Below are positions 50,526-63,429 of a stretch of DNA of 64,000 nt, piece after piece; the first letter of the stretch is position 1; each line of letters begins with the position of its first letter. The position numbers and the translations under genes were made by a program. Origin of the DNA: Macrostomum hystrix (lineage: Eukaryota; Animalia; Platyhelminthes); the NCBI GenBank assembly GCA_950097015.1, contig CATNEN010000011.1, positions 5,084,001 to 5,148,000 of the forward strand, in the 5' to 3' direction. The notes under the pieces are model-generated. The model had not been told where the DNA came from. It saw only the letters and a list, made by a program, of their open reading frames with translations, and did no database searches.

Positions 50526-52938
50526 CTATGAGATGAGTTCAATGTCTTCTAGGACCCTTCCTCGATTGACATTTGCCGCCGACTGCAACAGCTCCGACCT
50601 CGGCGTTGGAGCCACTTTGGACGGACGAAATTTGAACGGCAGAGCGCGACTCCCTCTGCTGCTGACTGGCCATCGCAGTTTGACAGCCGCGGCTAGAGCG
50701 ACCAGGATCACAGCTGACGCAATGATGACACTTGAAACTAGAAAGGAAGTTAGCAATTCTAGGAACCAGTTGTCGCGTGGTACCACAGGTTGAGTTGTCC
50801 GCGGCGAGGTTGCCGAAGTTGGATTGACTTTTGTTCTAGTTTGAGTTGACTGTGAACTGGCCGTCTGGTCCGTGATTCCGGGTGGGGGTGGACTTGTGAA
50901 GTTGGCTATGATTTCATCCGTGATATCAGCTGATGTGGAAGGATCAGTTGCTGTTGGTTCCTTATTCCCATCCGTTCCTGAAGTAAACGATGTCATCCTC
51001 TCTGAGGTGAGTCCCGTTTGTTTAGTCGAATCGAAAGTTGTTTTAGGCGTCGAAGCCTCTAAATTAGTTGGTACTTGCTCTGTTGCAGTTGCCTCTGGAG
51101 TTGTTAGCCCTGTTGTCGTTGTCTCTGGAGTTGTTGTCTCTGGAGTTGTTGTCTCTGGAGTTGTTGTCTCTGGAGTTGTTGTCTCTAGTGTTGTTGTCTC
51201 TGGAGTTGTTGTCTCTGGAGTTGTTAGCCCTGTTGTCGTTGTCTCTGGAGTTGTTGTCTCTGGAGTTGTTGTCTCTGGAGTTGTTGTCTCTGGAGTTGTT
51301 GTCTCTGGAGTTGTTGTCTCTGGAGTTGTTGTCTCTAGTGTTGTTGTCTCTGGAGTTGTTGTCTCTGGTGTTGCAGTTGCCTCTGGAGTTGTTAGCCCTG
51401 TTGTCGTTGTCTCTGGAGTTGTTGTCTCTGGAGTTGTTGTCTCTGGAGTTGTTGTCTCTGGAGTTGTTATCTCTGGAGTTGTTGTCTCTAGTGTTGTTGT
51501 CTCTGGAGTTGCAGTTGCCTCTGGAGTTGTTGTCTCTGGAGTTGTTGTCTCTGGAGTTGTTGTCTCTGGAGTTGTTGTCTCTGGAGTTGTTGTCTCTGGA
51601 GTTGTTGTCTCTGGAGTTGTTGTCTCTGGAGTTGTTGTCTCTGGAGCGGTTGTCTCTGGAGCGGTTGTCTCTGGAGCGGTTGTCTCTGGAGCGGTTGTCT
51701 CTGGAGTTGTTGTCTCTGGTGTTGTAGGTTCAAGTGTCGTTTCTTCAGTTGTACTTTGTTTAGTGGTAGCTTCCGTGATAGTAGTTGACTCCGTTGTTGT
51801 AATGGGATCGCTAACTTTGCAAATATGCCAGATTGTCTCATTTCCTAAATTGTTTCGATACTTTATTCGGCTGTCAGACAGCTCTGTAATTGCCGACTGG
51901 AAATTCTGTCGATTCGGAGGTAAGCGGTGATTCAGGTACCAGTCTGCGATTGATCTGTAATTTAGAAAGATCTACTGATTATGCCAACACTGCTTCCGAA
52001 ATCTACGCATAGAGACACAGATAATGTCTCACAGAATTGTGTCTTTCACTGGCGGTCCATTGCCTCTTTCCCAATAGAAGCCGAAAGGTTCACGTGGCTC
52101 CCTGTACAGCGCCACCCAGGCCGCCTCCAACAGTCCGCAGTTCTTGCATTTGTCACGCTGCGACCTCAGATCCCAGGCCTGTCTGTCGACCCAGTTCTGC
52201 GAAGACAATTAAGTTGTCGGGTGGGGTAATTTACAACTTCTGATAGCTAGCTCTTTTGGGTCATCGTCAACTAAAGGAGATGTCAACTGAAGGCTTTAAA
52301 ATGGAGCCCGAGGTCCATCCTCTAACCATTTTTTCTATTTATTTAGTTATTTTTAGTTATTATTCTAGTTATTTTTTATCAAAAAATCAAAATAAAAAAT
52401 CAAACTATCTAAACTTAATTCTGCTCACAAAATTACATCCTGTGTCAGATGACTTTGAAAGTACGCGCTCGTAAGTTTTGATCGGTCATTCGGTTTGGGT
52501 GCTATCATGAAGTAGGCAGTGCTTGGGTCTTTGAAATACAGCCGTGGTCTTCCCCCCTGGGGAAATATGGTGCTGTTTCTACTTTTAAGAGGGATACAAA
52601 GTGCCTAGTCATGTGGGTCAGGTGTAAAGGTCCAAATAAACAGTTTTTTGTGGTTCAATGAAAACAATGACCTACATCGAAGCACTATAATATACCTTCT
52701 CATCCAGTGAATCGAGCCAGAGCAGTCCGCCGTATTCATGCAACTCCCGACAATGAGTCCGCGCCCGAGCGTGCGTCTGACCAAATTCTCCGCCAACTAG
52801 CAGGTAGCAGCTGTCGCCGTAGCTTAGCCAGGTGGAGTCCGGGCAGTCGATGCATCGGACAATTCTGACACCAACCAAAACGATAAGTGCAATGGCTAGA
52901 TTAGTGACAACGGTTTTAACGAAATGGCAAGCTAACAT
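50526..52938 (-). CDS. Type I membrane C-type lectin-like protein with a PETTT mucin stalk, 3 exons, ~611 aa
   Basis: Exon 1 52938-52696 (signal peptide, CPDSTWLSYGDSCY, ARTHC), exon 2 52196-52033 (WVAL..FYW), exon 3 51954-50526 (WHICK, ~40 15-bp PETT(T/A) repeats, TM segment, tail ending EDIELIS*). Phases 0/2 are consistent. Confidence 0.85.
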
Positions 52939-54254
52939 TCTAATATATAAATTTAGATTTTCGCTAGTTTTTGTCTTCGTTTTCAGTTTTCACTCTCCTT
53001 TCTCTTGATCCGGCCGACAAGTATATTATTTTTTGGCCGATTTCATGTCAGTTGAGATAAAAAGCTATTTCGGTATGGCTTGAGCAGATAACAAGCCATA
53101 GGAGTTTCTTAGAAATTTCTTTAGGAGTCCGTACAGTGCTGTCATGTGCAATGCATACACTTGTGGCTTCTGTGGACTAGTGTTTCACTCTCAAGGTGAG
53201 CAGACCTGTAATCGACAAGCAATTACCGATTGTACTTACCCAAAATGCCAGAATATGAAATCTTATAGGCACTCGCTGCTTTAGTCCTCAGGAATAAATA
53301 TATTGCACTTTCTTATCATTTTGGTTAAAAAAAGTGCGTTCAAATATCTGCGTCAAAAGTAAAATTTTCAAGCAGGCAATATTTGCATTTGTTGACATCA
53401 GATTTTGAAATTGTACTGCAAGTAGCACGCCACGCGCATGTATGAAGTGTCCTATTCTTCACTTGTGGACCTAAAAGCCATTTTTTAAATAATATCAGGG
53501 GGCAGTCCTATACAACTTGTGGGTAACACAATAAAAACAAAAGAAAATACAATAGACGAGTGGTCGGGAGTTCGAATCCGAGTCGAAGGGAGGCCGTTTG
53601 TGATCTTGTGCAAGACAATTGATGCCCTAGTGCAGCTACTGCTTATTCAGCTGCAAAATTGTAGAGATTTGGGTGGATGGTGGCCCCACGGCCCTGTCCA
53701 TGGACAGGTGTACACAGTCTGAACTGGAAGACTCCAGTTATCTACACGCAATTGCTGTGGCTGTCACATCTAATAAATCAATGATAAAAAGCATTATGTC
53801 ACTTTCGCAGCAATGTTCTTGTTGATCCAAGTGCAACACAATAATTATTTTGCATGGTCACATGCTCAAAATAATTACAGTATTCTTTTTCAATGGACAC
53901 TAACAATAGACCAATTACAAGGTTCTGTTTTGCGATTGCTTTTAAGCAAGAGGCAAACTCATGCATAGATGGAATAACCTTCACTAGTATCGCCTTTGAG
54001 TACTGACTATTTAATCTTGGGCGAGTCGTCAACTTTTTCTTCAGTCGTTCCATTGCGCGCGTGTGTCCCAATGTAGAGACCTTTTTATTGCGAAAGTAAG
54101 CGACGAAAAGCAAAGCAGACTAAACATAATCTGTGCGGTTCCTTTTTTGTAAAATGAGCATTCTGTTTGATGTCGAACAAACCACTCTGTCACTACGGAA
54201 CTGCTTGGGACTTCTACCGAACCTAGATATAATGTGGCAGTGACAGTGGGGGAT

Positions 54255-54900
54255 TGAAGTAGTGATGCACTGTGGTAGTGACGGACTGTGGTAGTGACGG
54301 ACTGTGGTAGTGATGCACTGTGGTAGTGATGCACTGTGGTAGTGACGGACGGTGGTAGTGATGCACTGTGGTAGTGACGGACTGTGGTAGTGATGCACTG
54401 TGGTAGTGATGCACTGTGGTAGTGATGGACTGTGGTAGTGATGCACTGTGGTAGTGATGGACTGTGGTAGTGACGGACTGTGGTAGTGATGGACTGTGGT
54501 AGTGATGGACTGTGGTAGTGACGGACTGTGGTAGTGACGGACTGTGGTAGTGATGGACTGTGGTAGTGATGGACTGTGGTAGTGAAGGACTGTGGTAGTG
54601 ATGGACTGTGGTAGTGATGCACTGTGATAGTGATGGACTGTGGTAGTGATGCACTGTGGTAGTGACGGACTGTGGTAGTGATGCTCTGTGGTAGTAACGG
54701 ACTGTGGTAGTGATGCACTGTGGTAGTGACGGACTGTGGTAGTGATGCACTGTGGTAGTGACGGACTGTGGAAGTGACGGACTGTGGTAGTGACGGACTG
54801 TGGTAGTGACGGACTGTGGTAGTGATGCACTGTGGTAGTGATGCACTGTGGTAGTGATGGACTGTGGTAGTGATGGACGGTGTTAGTGACGGACTGTGAC
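54255..54900. repeat. 16-bp minisatellite (CTGTGGTAGTGA(C/T)G(G/C)A), ~40 units
   Basis: Direct inspection. Confidence 0.95.
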
Positions 54901-55504
54901 GGTGAGAAAGTGTAATTACTACTTAGCTTGAGTTTATGAAAACAGATATTCTTGGTGCTTGCATCGCATTGTAAGGTGTCAATCCGTTGAATTATTCTGT
55001 CTCCGTTCGTACCTGCATATCCGAGAGCTTAACGTATCGCTGCTCTGAATGCCCAGATGAGCGGAAAAATCCGATTAGCCCATCTGAGCTAGGTATTGTG
55101 TTGCCCGGGTTCATAGGGGATAACACCCAGACGAAGGTTTGTTACGAGCTTGTAATCTCTACGGACACATTAATCGTCTTATCTGAGTGCCGCTTGTAAG
55201 GAAATTGAATTTGAAATGGAGAGAATCTTTTTTGAGACCCAACTTATCAAGCCTGTACTGCTTGGGAGACAATCTTTTGGAGAAATCTAGCTTATCCTAC
55301 ACATTTCTATAGAGTATACTTCTTAGATTCCTACCAATGGACTGTTGATCGATCCCTGTCGAATGGTTTTCGAGTGCACTCGGATGCTGATTGGATGAGA
55401 ATGACAGATTGATGAGCATAGAAGCTAAATAGTTTGGACGAAATTAGAGGTGTAAGAGGGCAACCGCAATCTGGCCAAAATTATGGGCTTTAAAGAACTT
55501 AGGA

Positions 55505-55855
55505 GATAGGGAGAGAAGAAGGAAAGGAGTGAGGGAGAGGAAGAGGGGGAGAGGGGAGAGAGGAGGGAGATGGGGAGAGGGGAGAAGAGGGGAGAGAAGG
55601 AGATGGGGGAGAGAGGGAGATGGGAGAGAGGGAGAGGAAGAGGGGGAGGGGAGAGGGAGATTGGGAGAGAGGAGAGGGAGAGTGGGAGAGGAAGAGGGGG
55701 AGGGGAGAGAGGGAGATGGGGAGAGAGGGAGAGGAAGAGGGGGAGGGGAGAGAGGGAGATGGGGAGAGAGGGAGAGGAAGAGGGGGAGGGGAGAGAGGGA
55801 GATGGGGAGAGAGGGAGAGGAAGAGGGAGATGGGGAGAGAGGGAGAGAGGGAGAA
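55505..55855. repeat. GA-only polypurine low-complexity repeat
   Basis: GGGAGAGAGGGAGAGGAAGAGG-type units. Confidence 0.92.
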
Positions 55856-56344
55856 AATGTATTAAAAAAAAGTTTTTTATTATTTAAATTAGCGCTGAAT
55901 ACTAAATGAAGTTATATATTGTGAATCTAAAAGCAGCACTAGCTAAATCAGTTGCAGAATTGAGGCAAGAAAAAGATTCGACAACAGGGTCTAATGTGAG
56001 CGGAACATGTTTTTAAAAGCAGAAAGTTACTTGTCGATTAGAAAAACTGGCTTGAAGGCACAATTTTAACTTCGCCAAACTTCCTGCTTTATTAGAGGCT
56101 GATTTTGCTGAAAAATGATTCGTCGTGAAATCCGTCTTTTGAAAGCGAAGTTTAGCTTCATATTAACCTTGTACAATGCCCATAATCTAAATCTCCGACA
56201 TAGATTAAAAAGCAAATAATGATGACCACTCTCATTGTAAGGAAATCTGCTTATCTGCTTAATGCACTGACTTTGCAGTTATCACTTACATCCAAGGCAA
56301 GATTTCAAACCCTTTTTATATCGGGTGGAATGCTTTAAGGGTCC

Positions 56345-56785
56345 TTCTACTCCTTGGATAATGGGTTCAAGGGTTCTACCCCTTGGATAATAGGTTCAAG
56401 GGTTCTACCCCTTGGATAATAGGTTCAAGGGTTCTACCCCTTGTATAATGGGTTCAAGGGTTCTACCCCTTGGATAATGGGTTCAAGGGTTCGACCCCTT
56501 GGATAATGGGTTCAAGGGTTCTACCCCTTGGATAATGGGTTCAAGGGTTCTACCCCTTGGATAATGGGTTCAAGGGTTCTACCCCTTGGATAATGGGTTC
56601 AAGGGTTCTACCCCTTGGATAATGGGTTCAAGGGTTCGACCCCTTGGATAATAGGTTCAAGGGTTCTACCCCTTGGATAATGGGTTCAAGGGTTCTACCC
56701 CTTGGATAATGGGTTCAAGGGTTCTACCCCTTGGATAATGGGTTCAAGGGTTCGACCCCTTGGATAATGGGTTCAAGGGTTCAAC
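56345..56785. repeat. 29-bp minisatellite (CCCCTTGGATAATGGGTTCAAGGGTTCTA), ~15 units
   Basis: Direct inspection. Confidence 0.95.
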
Positions 56786-57725
56786 TCTTTTGTTAATAGG
56801 CAGAGGCTACTGTACTGGGTTATAAAACAGAGTTCTAAGATTCGAAGCAAAGTTATCCATTCACAATACATGTGCAGATGAATAGTCAAAGTTTCTTATT
56901 CTTTTCTTTAGCAAATTTTAACTTCTGCTTGAAAGAACAAAGACATCTTTTGTGATTATCCAAGCAAATTTCTTTGTGCTTTCTATTTTTATAAATAAAA
57001 TTTTTGTGATTGTTGTTTGATTATGCGTAACTTCGGTAAGAAAAAAAAACATTTTAGTCGAATCCTCACTTATTGATTTGTCGTGCACCTATCGTCAAAC
57101 TCGGTCTGATCCTTATCTTCTAGCTTTCCCCTGATCCTATTGGCCGGCCCACTGCTCAGAGGTGAAACTGAGGTGAGACAGACAGGGAGACAGGGGTCGT
57201 TCAGGAACTAATAAGGAAGTGAGGAGAGGGAGATAACTTATAAATCGATTAACCATTTTACCTACCCAGATAAGTTTCGAAAGGAAGTTCAACTGTTAAA
57301 GATTCCGCTACTAGATTCTGCTGCCGCCGTTGCTGATTAAGCATCGGCTGAGTGGTATAAAGAAATTTTCGAATCCCAACTTCAAACCGATCCTCTGAGC
57401 TGATAGTTAAGATTCCATAATTGGCATTCTAGAAATTCGCTTTCCACAGACTAGCAGCGACCCAGCCGAGTCTGCTTTAGCTCCGCGTGGAATGAAAAAC
57501 AATTAACTCGTCGATCTGATTCAACTAGCATCTACTTTGGCTATCCACTGTTAATGGGATAAAATAGTCTTTCCTTTTCTGCCAGGGAATTTTGTCTTAA
57601 AAACCCGGATAGTCAGAGGAGATATTTAAAAAGGACGACTCGGTCAACGTTGCGAAAAATAAGCCGATAAGGGCTTTGATTTTCTTGGAAAGACCACCGA
57701 CAAAATCAGTCAAAGCGCTTTTCAG

Positions 57726-57821
57726 AACTTCACCGACAGTCGCCAGATCCATTCTGGTTGAGCAAACTGCATGAGCATGAGTTGTTGTGCTCAGAGATCT
57801 CAGAGTACGAGCAGCATTGCC
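57726..57821 (+). CDS. Candidate 96-nt phase 1-1 internal exon, possibly of the Ig-domain gene
   Basis: TTTTCAG| acceptor, |GTAAGT donor, open reading xLHRQSPDPFWLSKLHEHELLCSEISEYEQHC; phase compatible with 61988. Confidence 0.35.
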
Positions 57822-58964
57822 GTAAGTTTGCTCTTAATGCCTGTCAAAATGAAGTTTAATCCACCCGAAACTCCAACGAAGCTTAACTTCTTGCACTTAT
57901 TTATTTTCTTAAAACCGTCACTTCTTTTGAAGCTTCACTTTCTAAGAAACTAATTTTTCTAAGAAACTTCACTTTGTTTCTAAGAAAAGTATTTTTCTAA
58001 GAAAACTCATTTTCTGTGATAGACTTCACTATGTTTCTAAGAAAAGTATTAATTTCTAAGAAAACTCATTTTCTAAGAAACTTTACTTTGTTTCTAAGAA
58101 ACTTCACTTCACTTTCTATATGTTGCAGCTGTCAAAAGAAGAACTGACACGGAAACAGACCCTCAAATATAATTATTTAGCTTAAAATTAGCTCAATGCT
58201 AATTTTAAAATGCCAATTTGACCTTAAGTTTTCGAGTTCAACAGATTCCTAAAAGGCCATGACACGTAGTCAATTTTTTTACGTTTTAAAAACTTCCTTT
58301 TCACCTCCCTTCCCATTAAAACAAAACTCGAACTTTGTCACGTGCGCTTTCTAAGAAAGCAAGCCGATTCCTCCCACCCACCCACTCCCCTTAGAGGAAA
58401 AGAGACTCGTGAAAAACAACGAGCCACAATGACTCTCTTTTGAGCACGGAGTTGAGTTAAAAAGGTAAAAAGGCAAACCTGACGCACCGTAGTGACAACT
58501 GACGAACGTGTTAAAATTTTTTGTCTTTGACGCCCCCGATGAATTAGGTTGTCGCTGTCATGCCCTCAGGCGGTTGGCCTAGACGTGATTTGATACGTAG
58601 AGTCACACCTTCCATAGGATTCAAATACCCTGGAGAATTAGCTCGTAAAAAAATATACTACAGTAACAAAACTTGATATAGTTTGCACTTGTTAGTAATC
58701 TAATTACCTGTTATAGATATAGTTATAGTTATAGTTATAGAAGATTTCGATAATGATTCTGGCTAGCAAAATAAACTTCTGTGTAACGGGTGTGTTCACA
58801 TGCCGCCGGTCAGTGTCATGATGACTGAAATTATACTAAGGCGATGAAATCTGTCATCCCCTATAGTTTCCCCAAGTTTAGGTGACGAGTGGAAATGTTT
58901 TGATTAAAATATCCGAGTATTTTATATCTGTAGCGACAAGTAATTCCATTTGGATACAAGATAA

Positions 58965-59680
58965 TTAAATCTCAGATCCCAAATCCCAGATCCCAGATCC
59001 CAGATCCCAAATCCCAAATCCTAGATCCCGAATTCCAAATTCCAAGTCCCAAATTAAAAGTACCAAATCACTGATCCCAAATCTCAGATCCGAAATTACA
59101 AATCTCAGATACCAAATCTCAAATCCCAAATCCCAAATCCCAAATTCCAAGTCCCAAATCCAAAATCCCAGATCCCAGATCCCAGATTCCAAATCCCAAA
59201 TCCCAGATCCCAAATCCCAGATCCCAAATCCCAGATCCCAAATCCCAGATCCCAAATCCCAGATCCCAAATCCCAGATCCCAAATCCCAGATCCCAAATC
59301 CCAGATCCCAAATCCCAGATCCCAAATCCCAGATCCCAAATCCCAGATCCCAAATCCCAGATCCCAAATCCCAGATCCCAAATCCCAGATCCCAAATCCC
59401 AGATCCCAAATCCCAGATCCCAAATCCCAGATCCCAAATCCCAGATCCCAAATCCCAGATCCCAAATCCCAGATCCCAAATCCCAGATCCCAAATCCCAG
59501 ATCCCAAATCCCAGATCCCAAATCCCAGATCCCAAATCCCAGATCCCAAATCCCAGATCCCAAATCCCAGATCCCAAATCCCAGATCCCAAATCCCAGAT
59601 CCCAAATCCCAGATCCCAAATCCCAGATCCCAAATCCCAGATCCCAAATTCCAAATCTCTGATCGTAAATCCCAAATCAC
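58965..59680. repeat. 7/14-bp microsatellite (ATCCCAG ATCCCAA)n
   Basis: Direct inspection. Confidence 0.97.
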
Positions 59681-60059
59681 AAACCCTAAAATCAGATCCA
59701 AAATCTCGGATATCAAAACAAAGATACTGAATCTCACACCAGAGCCAAATATACTAACTATAGTTCGGGCTGTCTTTTCTCTGATCTAAAGTTATACTAC
59801 TTTTGTTGTTTTGAGGCTATTATCAGTAAAAAATGCTCTCATAGTCCTATATGTAAGAGAGCCGATTTCACCACTAAAGCAAGTACTATACAGTGACAAG
59901 GCGTAGCCAAGTGTACCGTTATTCTAAGCGGTCATTATCGCTGCTTAGTAAAGCGGGATATCCAGGTTTAGATACAGGCCTACAACAGATTAAATACTGT
60001 GCCTTTGCATCTAAGTATAGATTTCTGAATTATTTGTTAGTAATAAAACAGGTTTCTAC

Positions 60060-61535
60060 CATGTCTAACAGATGTCTAACAGATAGCGTAACTGATTAGA
60101 ACAGGTATCACAGATGTCTAACAGATAGCATAACTCATTAGAACAGGTATCACAGATGTCTAACAGATAGCATAACTCATTAGAACAGGTATCACAGATG
60201 TCTAACAGATAGCATAACTCATTAGAACAGGTATCACAGATGTCTAACAGATAGCATAACTCATTAGAACAGGTATCACAGATGTCTAACAGATAGCGTA
60301 ACTGATTAGAACAGGGATCACAGATGTCTAACAGATAGCGTAACTGATTAGAACAGGTATCACAGATGTCTAACAGATAGCATAACTCATTAGAACAGGT
60401 ATCACAGATGTCTAACAGATAGCGTAACTGATTAGAACAGGTATCACAGATGTCTAACAGATAGCGTAACTGATTAGAACAGGTATCACAGATGTCTAAC
60501 AGATAGCGTAACTCATTAGAACAGGTATCACAGATGTCTAACAGATAGCGTAACTCATTAGAACAGGTATCACAGATGTCTAACAGATAGCGTAACTCAT
60601 TAGAACAGGTATCACAGATGTCTAACAGATAGCATAACTCATTAGAACAGGTATCACAGATGTCTAACAGATAGCATAACTCATTAGAACAGGTATCACA
60701 GATGTCTAACAGATAGCATAACTCATTAGAACAGGTATCACAGATGTCTAACAGATAGCATAACTCATTAGAACAGGTATCACAGATGTCTAACAGATAG
60801 CATAACTCATTAGAACAGGGATCACAGATGTCTAACAGATAGCGTAACTGATTAGAACAGGGATCACAGATGTCTAACAGATAGCGTAACTGATTAGAAC
60901 AGGTATCACAGATGTCTAACAGATAGCATAACTCATTAGAACAGGTATCACAGATGTCTAACAGATAGCGTAACTGATTAGAACAGGTATCACAGATGTC
61001 TAACAGATAGCGTAACTCATTAGAACAGGTATCACAGATGTCTAACAGATAGCGTAACTCATTAGAACAGGTACCACAGATGTCTAACAGATAGCGCAAC
61101 TGATTAGAACAGGTATCATAGATGTCTAACAGATAGCATAACTCATTAGAACAGGTATCACAGATGTCTAACAGATAGTATAACTCATTAGAACAGGTAT
61201 CACAGATGTCTAACAGATAGCGTAACTCATTAGAACAGGTACCACAGATGTCTAACAGATAGCGCAACTGATTAGAACAGGTATCATAGATGTCTAACAG
61301 ATAGCATAACTCATTAGAACAGGTATCACAGATGTCTAACAGATAGCGTAACTGATTAGAACAGGGATCACAGATGTCTAACAGATAGCGTAACTGATTA
61401 GAACAGGGATCACAGATGTCTAACAGATAGCGTAACTGATTAGAACAGGTATCACAGATGTCTAACAGATAGCGTAACTGATTAGAACAGGGATCACAGA
61501 TGCCTAACAGATAGCGTAACTGATTAGAACAGGTA
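60060..61535. repeat. 42-bp minisatellite (GATGTCTAACAGATAGC(A/G)TAACT(C/G)ATTAGAACAGGTATCACA), ~35 units
   Basis: Direct inspection. Confidence 0.97.
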
Positions 61536-61987
61536 TCCCATCTGCCTGATTAGAAAACTATTGCTTTTTGTGCTGGTGACATAACTTAATCCAACAGGAA
61601 AACAATAAATAAAAAGGACACGAAGACACTATCTACAGGTAATTATGCTCCAAACTAATACACTAGACTGTCACATTAGCTAAAGGGGTATCCAAATCGA
61701 CCTTATTTACTGTTTGTGTCTATTAGGAAAGCGAGCCAGACCTCCTAAATCTATATTGTGCGACGTTTAAGACAAATGAAAAGTACACAGTCTGGAAGTT
61801 TCGCGTCTCCTAGGGTAGGTAAATTGCATATCTGTTAACAGCTCTGATTGGCAGGCAGTTAGGTAGATAGCTGTCTATACTTTTTTCCTGACTCTAAACT
61901 GCTCCTTTCAGAATCGACTAATCAGTAGAATTCTACTAATTGCTCTATTGTTGCTATGCAAACTGTTGTCATGGCAACCGATACTAG

Positions 61988-62341
61988 CTGCCGAAATCAG
62001 TATTCGATTGGAGCGCACGGTGACAGTTGGCGAGTCGGTTGTTCTGCCCTGCCCGGTTTTGCCAAGCTCTGCAGTTCTTCCTGGCGCCCCTGTAGCCAAG
62101 TACCTGGAATGGTCGTTGCCTAGCAACGGATTAACGCCAGTCAAATGTCCGGTCTACCTGATGAAAGACGAGGACGAAGACCCCGGCTGTTCTAGAGAGC
62201 TGGACGGTCGCGGGGTGTCTCTTTGGCGTCTCACTCAGCTGCGAGTGCAATCAGCCGAGTTGAGACATGACGGCCTGTACAACTGCTCAGCCTATTGGAA
62301 TGAGACCGGAGCGAGTGGCAACGTGTGGCTGCGAGTGCGAG
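61988..62341 (+). CDS. Immunoglobulin-domain exon (phase 1-1) of a larger cell-surface protein gene
   Basis: ACTAG| ... G|GTAAGG; VTVGESVVLPC...W...LRVQSAELRHDGLYNCSA...WLRV carries the B-strand Cys, C-strand Trp and D-x-G-x-Y-x-C motif. Confidence 0.85.
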
Positions 62342-62369
62342 GTAAGGCCTGCAAATCCCCCACCTCCTA

Positions 62370-62910
62370 GGTGGCTGAACCCTTTTTAAATCCAATGTGG
62401 CTGAACCCCTACCTCAAAAACCAAAACGGCTGAACCCCCTTACCCAAATCCAATGTGGCCGAATCCTCACCCTGAAATCCAAGGTAGTCGAACCCCCTTA
62501 GACAAATCCAAGGTGGTCGAACCCCCTTACCCAAATCCAAGGTGGCCGAACCCCGTTACCCAAATCCAAGGTGGTCGAGCCCCCTAACCCAAATCCAATG
62601 TGGCCGAATCCTCACCCTGAAATCCAAGGTAGTCGAACCCCTTTAGACAAATCCAAGGTGGTCGAAACCCCTTACCCAAATCCAAGGTGGCCGAACCCCG
62701 TTACCCAAATCCAAGGTGGTCGAGCCCCCTTACCCAAATCCAAGGTGGCCGAATCCTCACCCTGAAATCCAAGGTAGTCAAACACCTTTTAACAAATCCA
62801 AGGTGGTCGAAACCCCTTACCCAAATCAAAGGTGGCCGAACCCCTAGCCCGAAATTTAAAGTGGCCGAACCACCTTACCAAAATCCAAAATCCAAGGTGG
62901 CCGAAACCTG
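62370..62910. repeat. Degenerate ~29-bp repeat (CCAAATCCAAGGTGGTCGAACCCCTTAC)
   Basis: Repeated units following the Ig exon donor. Confidence 0.88.
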
Positions 62911-63429
62911 ACCCTAAAATCCCTAAAGAATGTTCAAGTAGGCGGAAAAACTAAAAAAACTAAAAAAAACTAAAAAACTAAAGAACACTTGGGCAGCTTT
63001 TGGGACCCCCGAAGGAAAAGTATTTTTGGTCATTGTTTAAAACTCAATTCATATCTGAGATAATAATGGACCATTTCTTTCCCTGCTGTTGAGCTACTCA
63101 GGTGATGAAAGATTAGGTACAACCATTGAAACAATGCCCTCCATCTGCGAAAGCTGACCTGTGATTACAGTAATGCCATGCATGCCTTATTCATGCCTTA
63201 TTCAAGCTGCAGCATTCGATTAATGGCAGACTAAAGCCGTATCCTAATCACAAGCCAGAAAATCAGCGAGTCCCGTTCGAGTGCACCTTTTGGCTGTTTC
63301 AATGAAACAGCTCTCAGATTTTAAAAGTTTAATGTTTAATTTCCAAAAAATGCCCCACTAAATTCATCTGCAGAATTGCATTGAGCCTTGACTGAGAGAT
63401 GACTTAACCTTAGCTGATCTTTCCCATTT

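Noticed and set aside
50872-51930. 352-aa VVSG-repeat ORF (+) and the LELLS and QRQQL frames
   Set aside because: Antisense or off-frame shadows of the PETTT mucin exon, whose frame links the lectin domain to the TM segment.
52437-52604. Possible extra lectin exon (ALCIPLKSRN...)
   Set aside because: Direct splicing of exon 1 to 52196 restores the CTL motif spacing; this segment has no CTL features.
54987-55199. Possible RNase H remnant (VISTDTLIVL)
   Set aside because: Motif order is wrong and the similarity is too weak.
57590-57752. 51-aa amphipathic ORF on the minus strand (MDLATVGEVLKSAL...)
   Set aside because: No signal peptide or splice support, and it overlaps a better-supported + strand exon candidate.
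54041-61267. Long ORFs HHYHSPSLPQ, GIWDLG, ELCYLLDICDTCSN and the GA-rich ORFs
   Set aside because: All are products of 16-, 14- and 42-bp or polypurine repeats.
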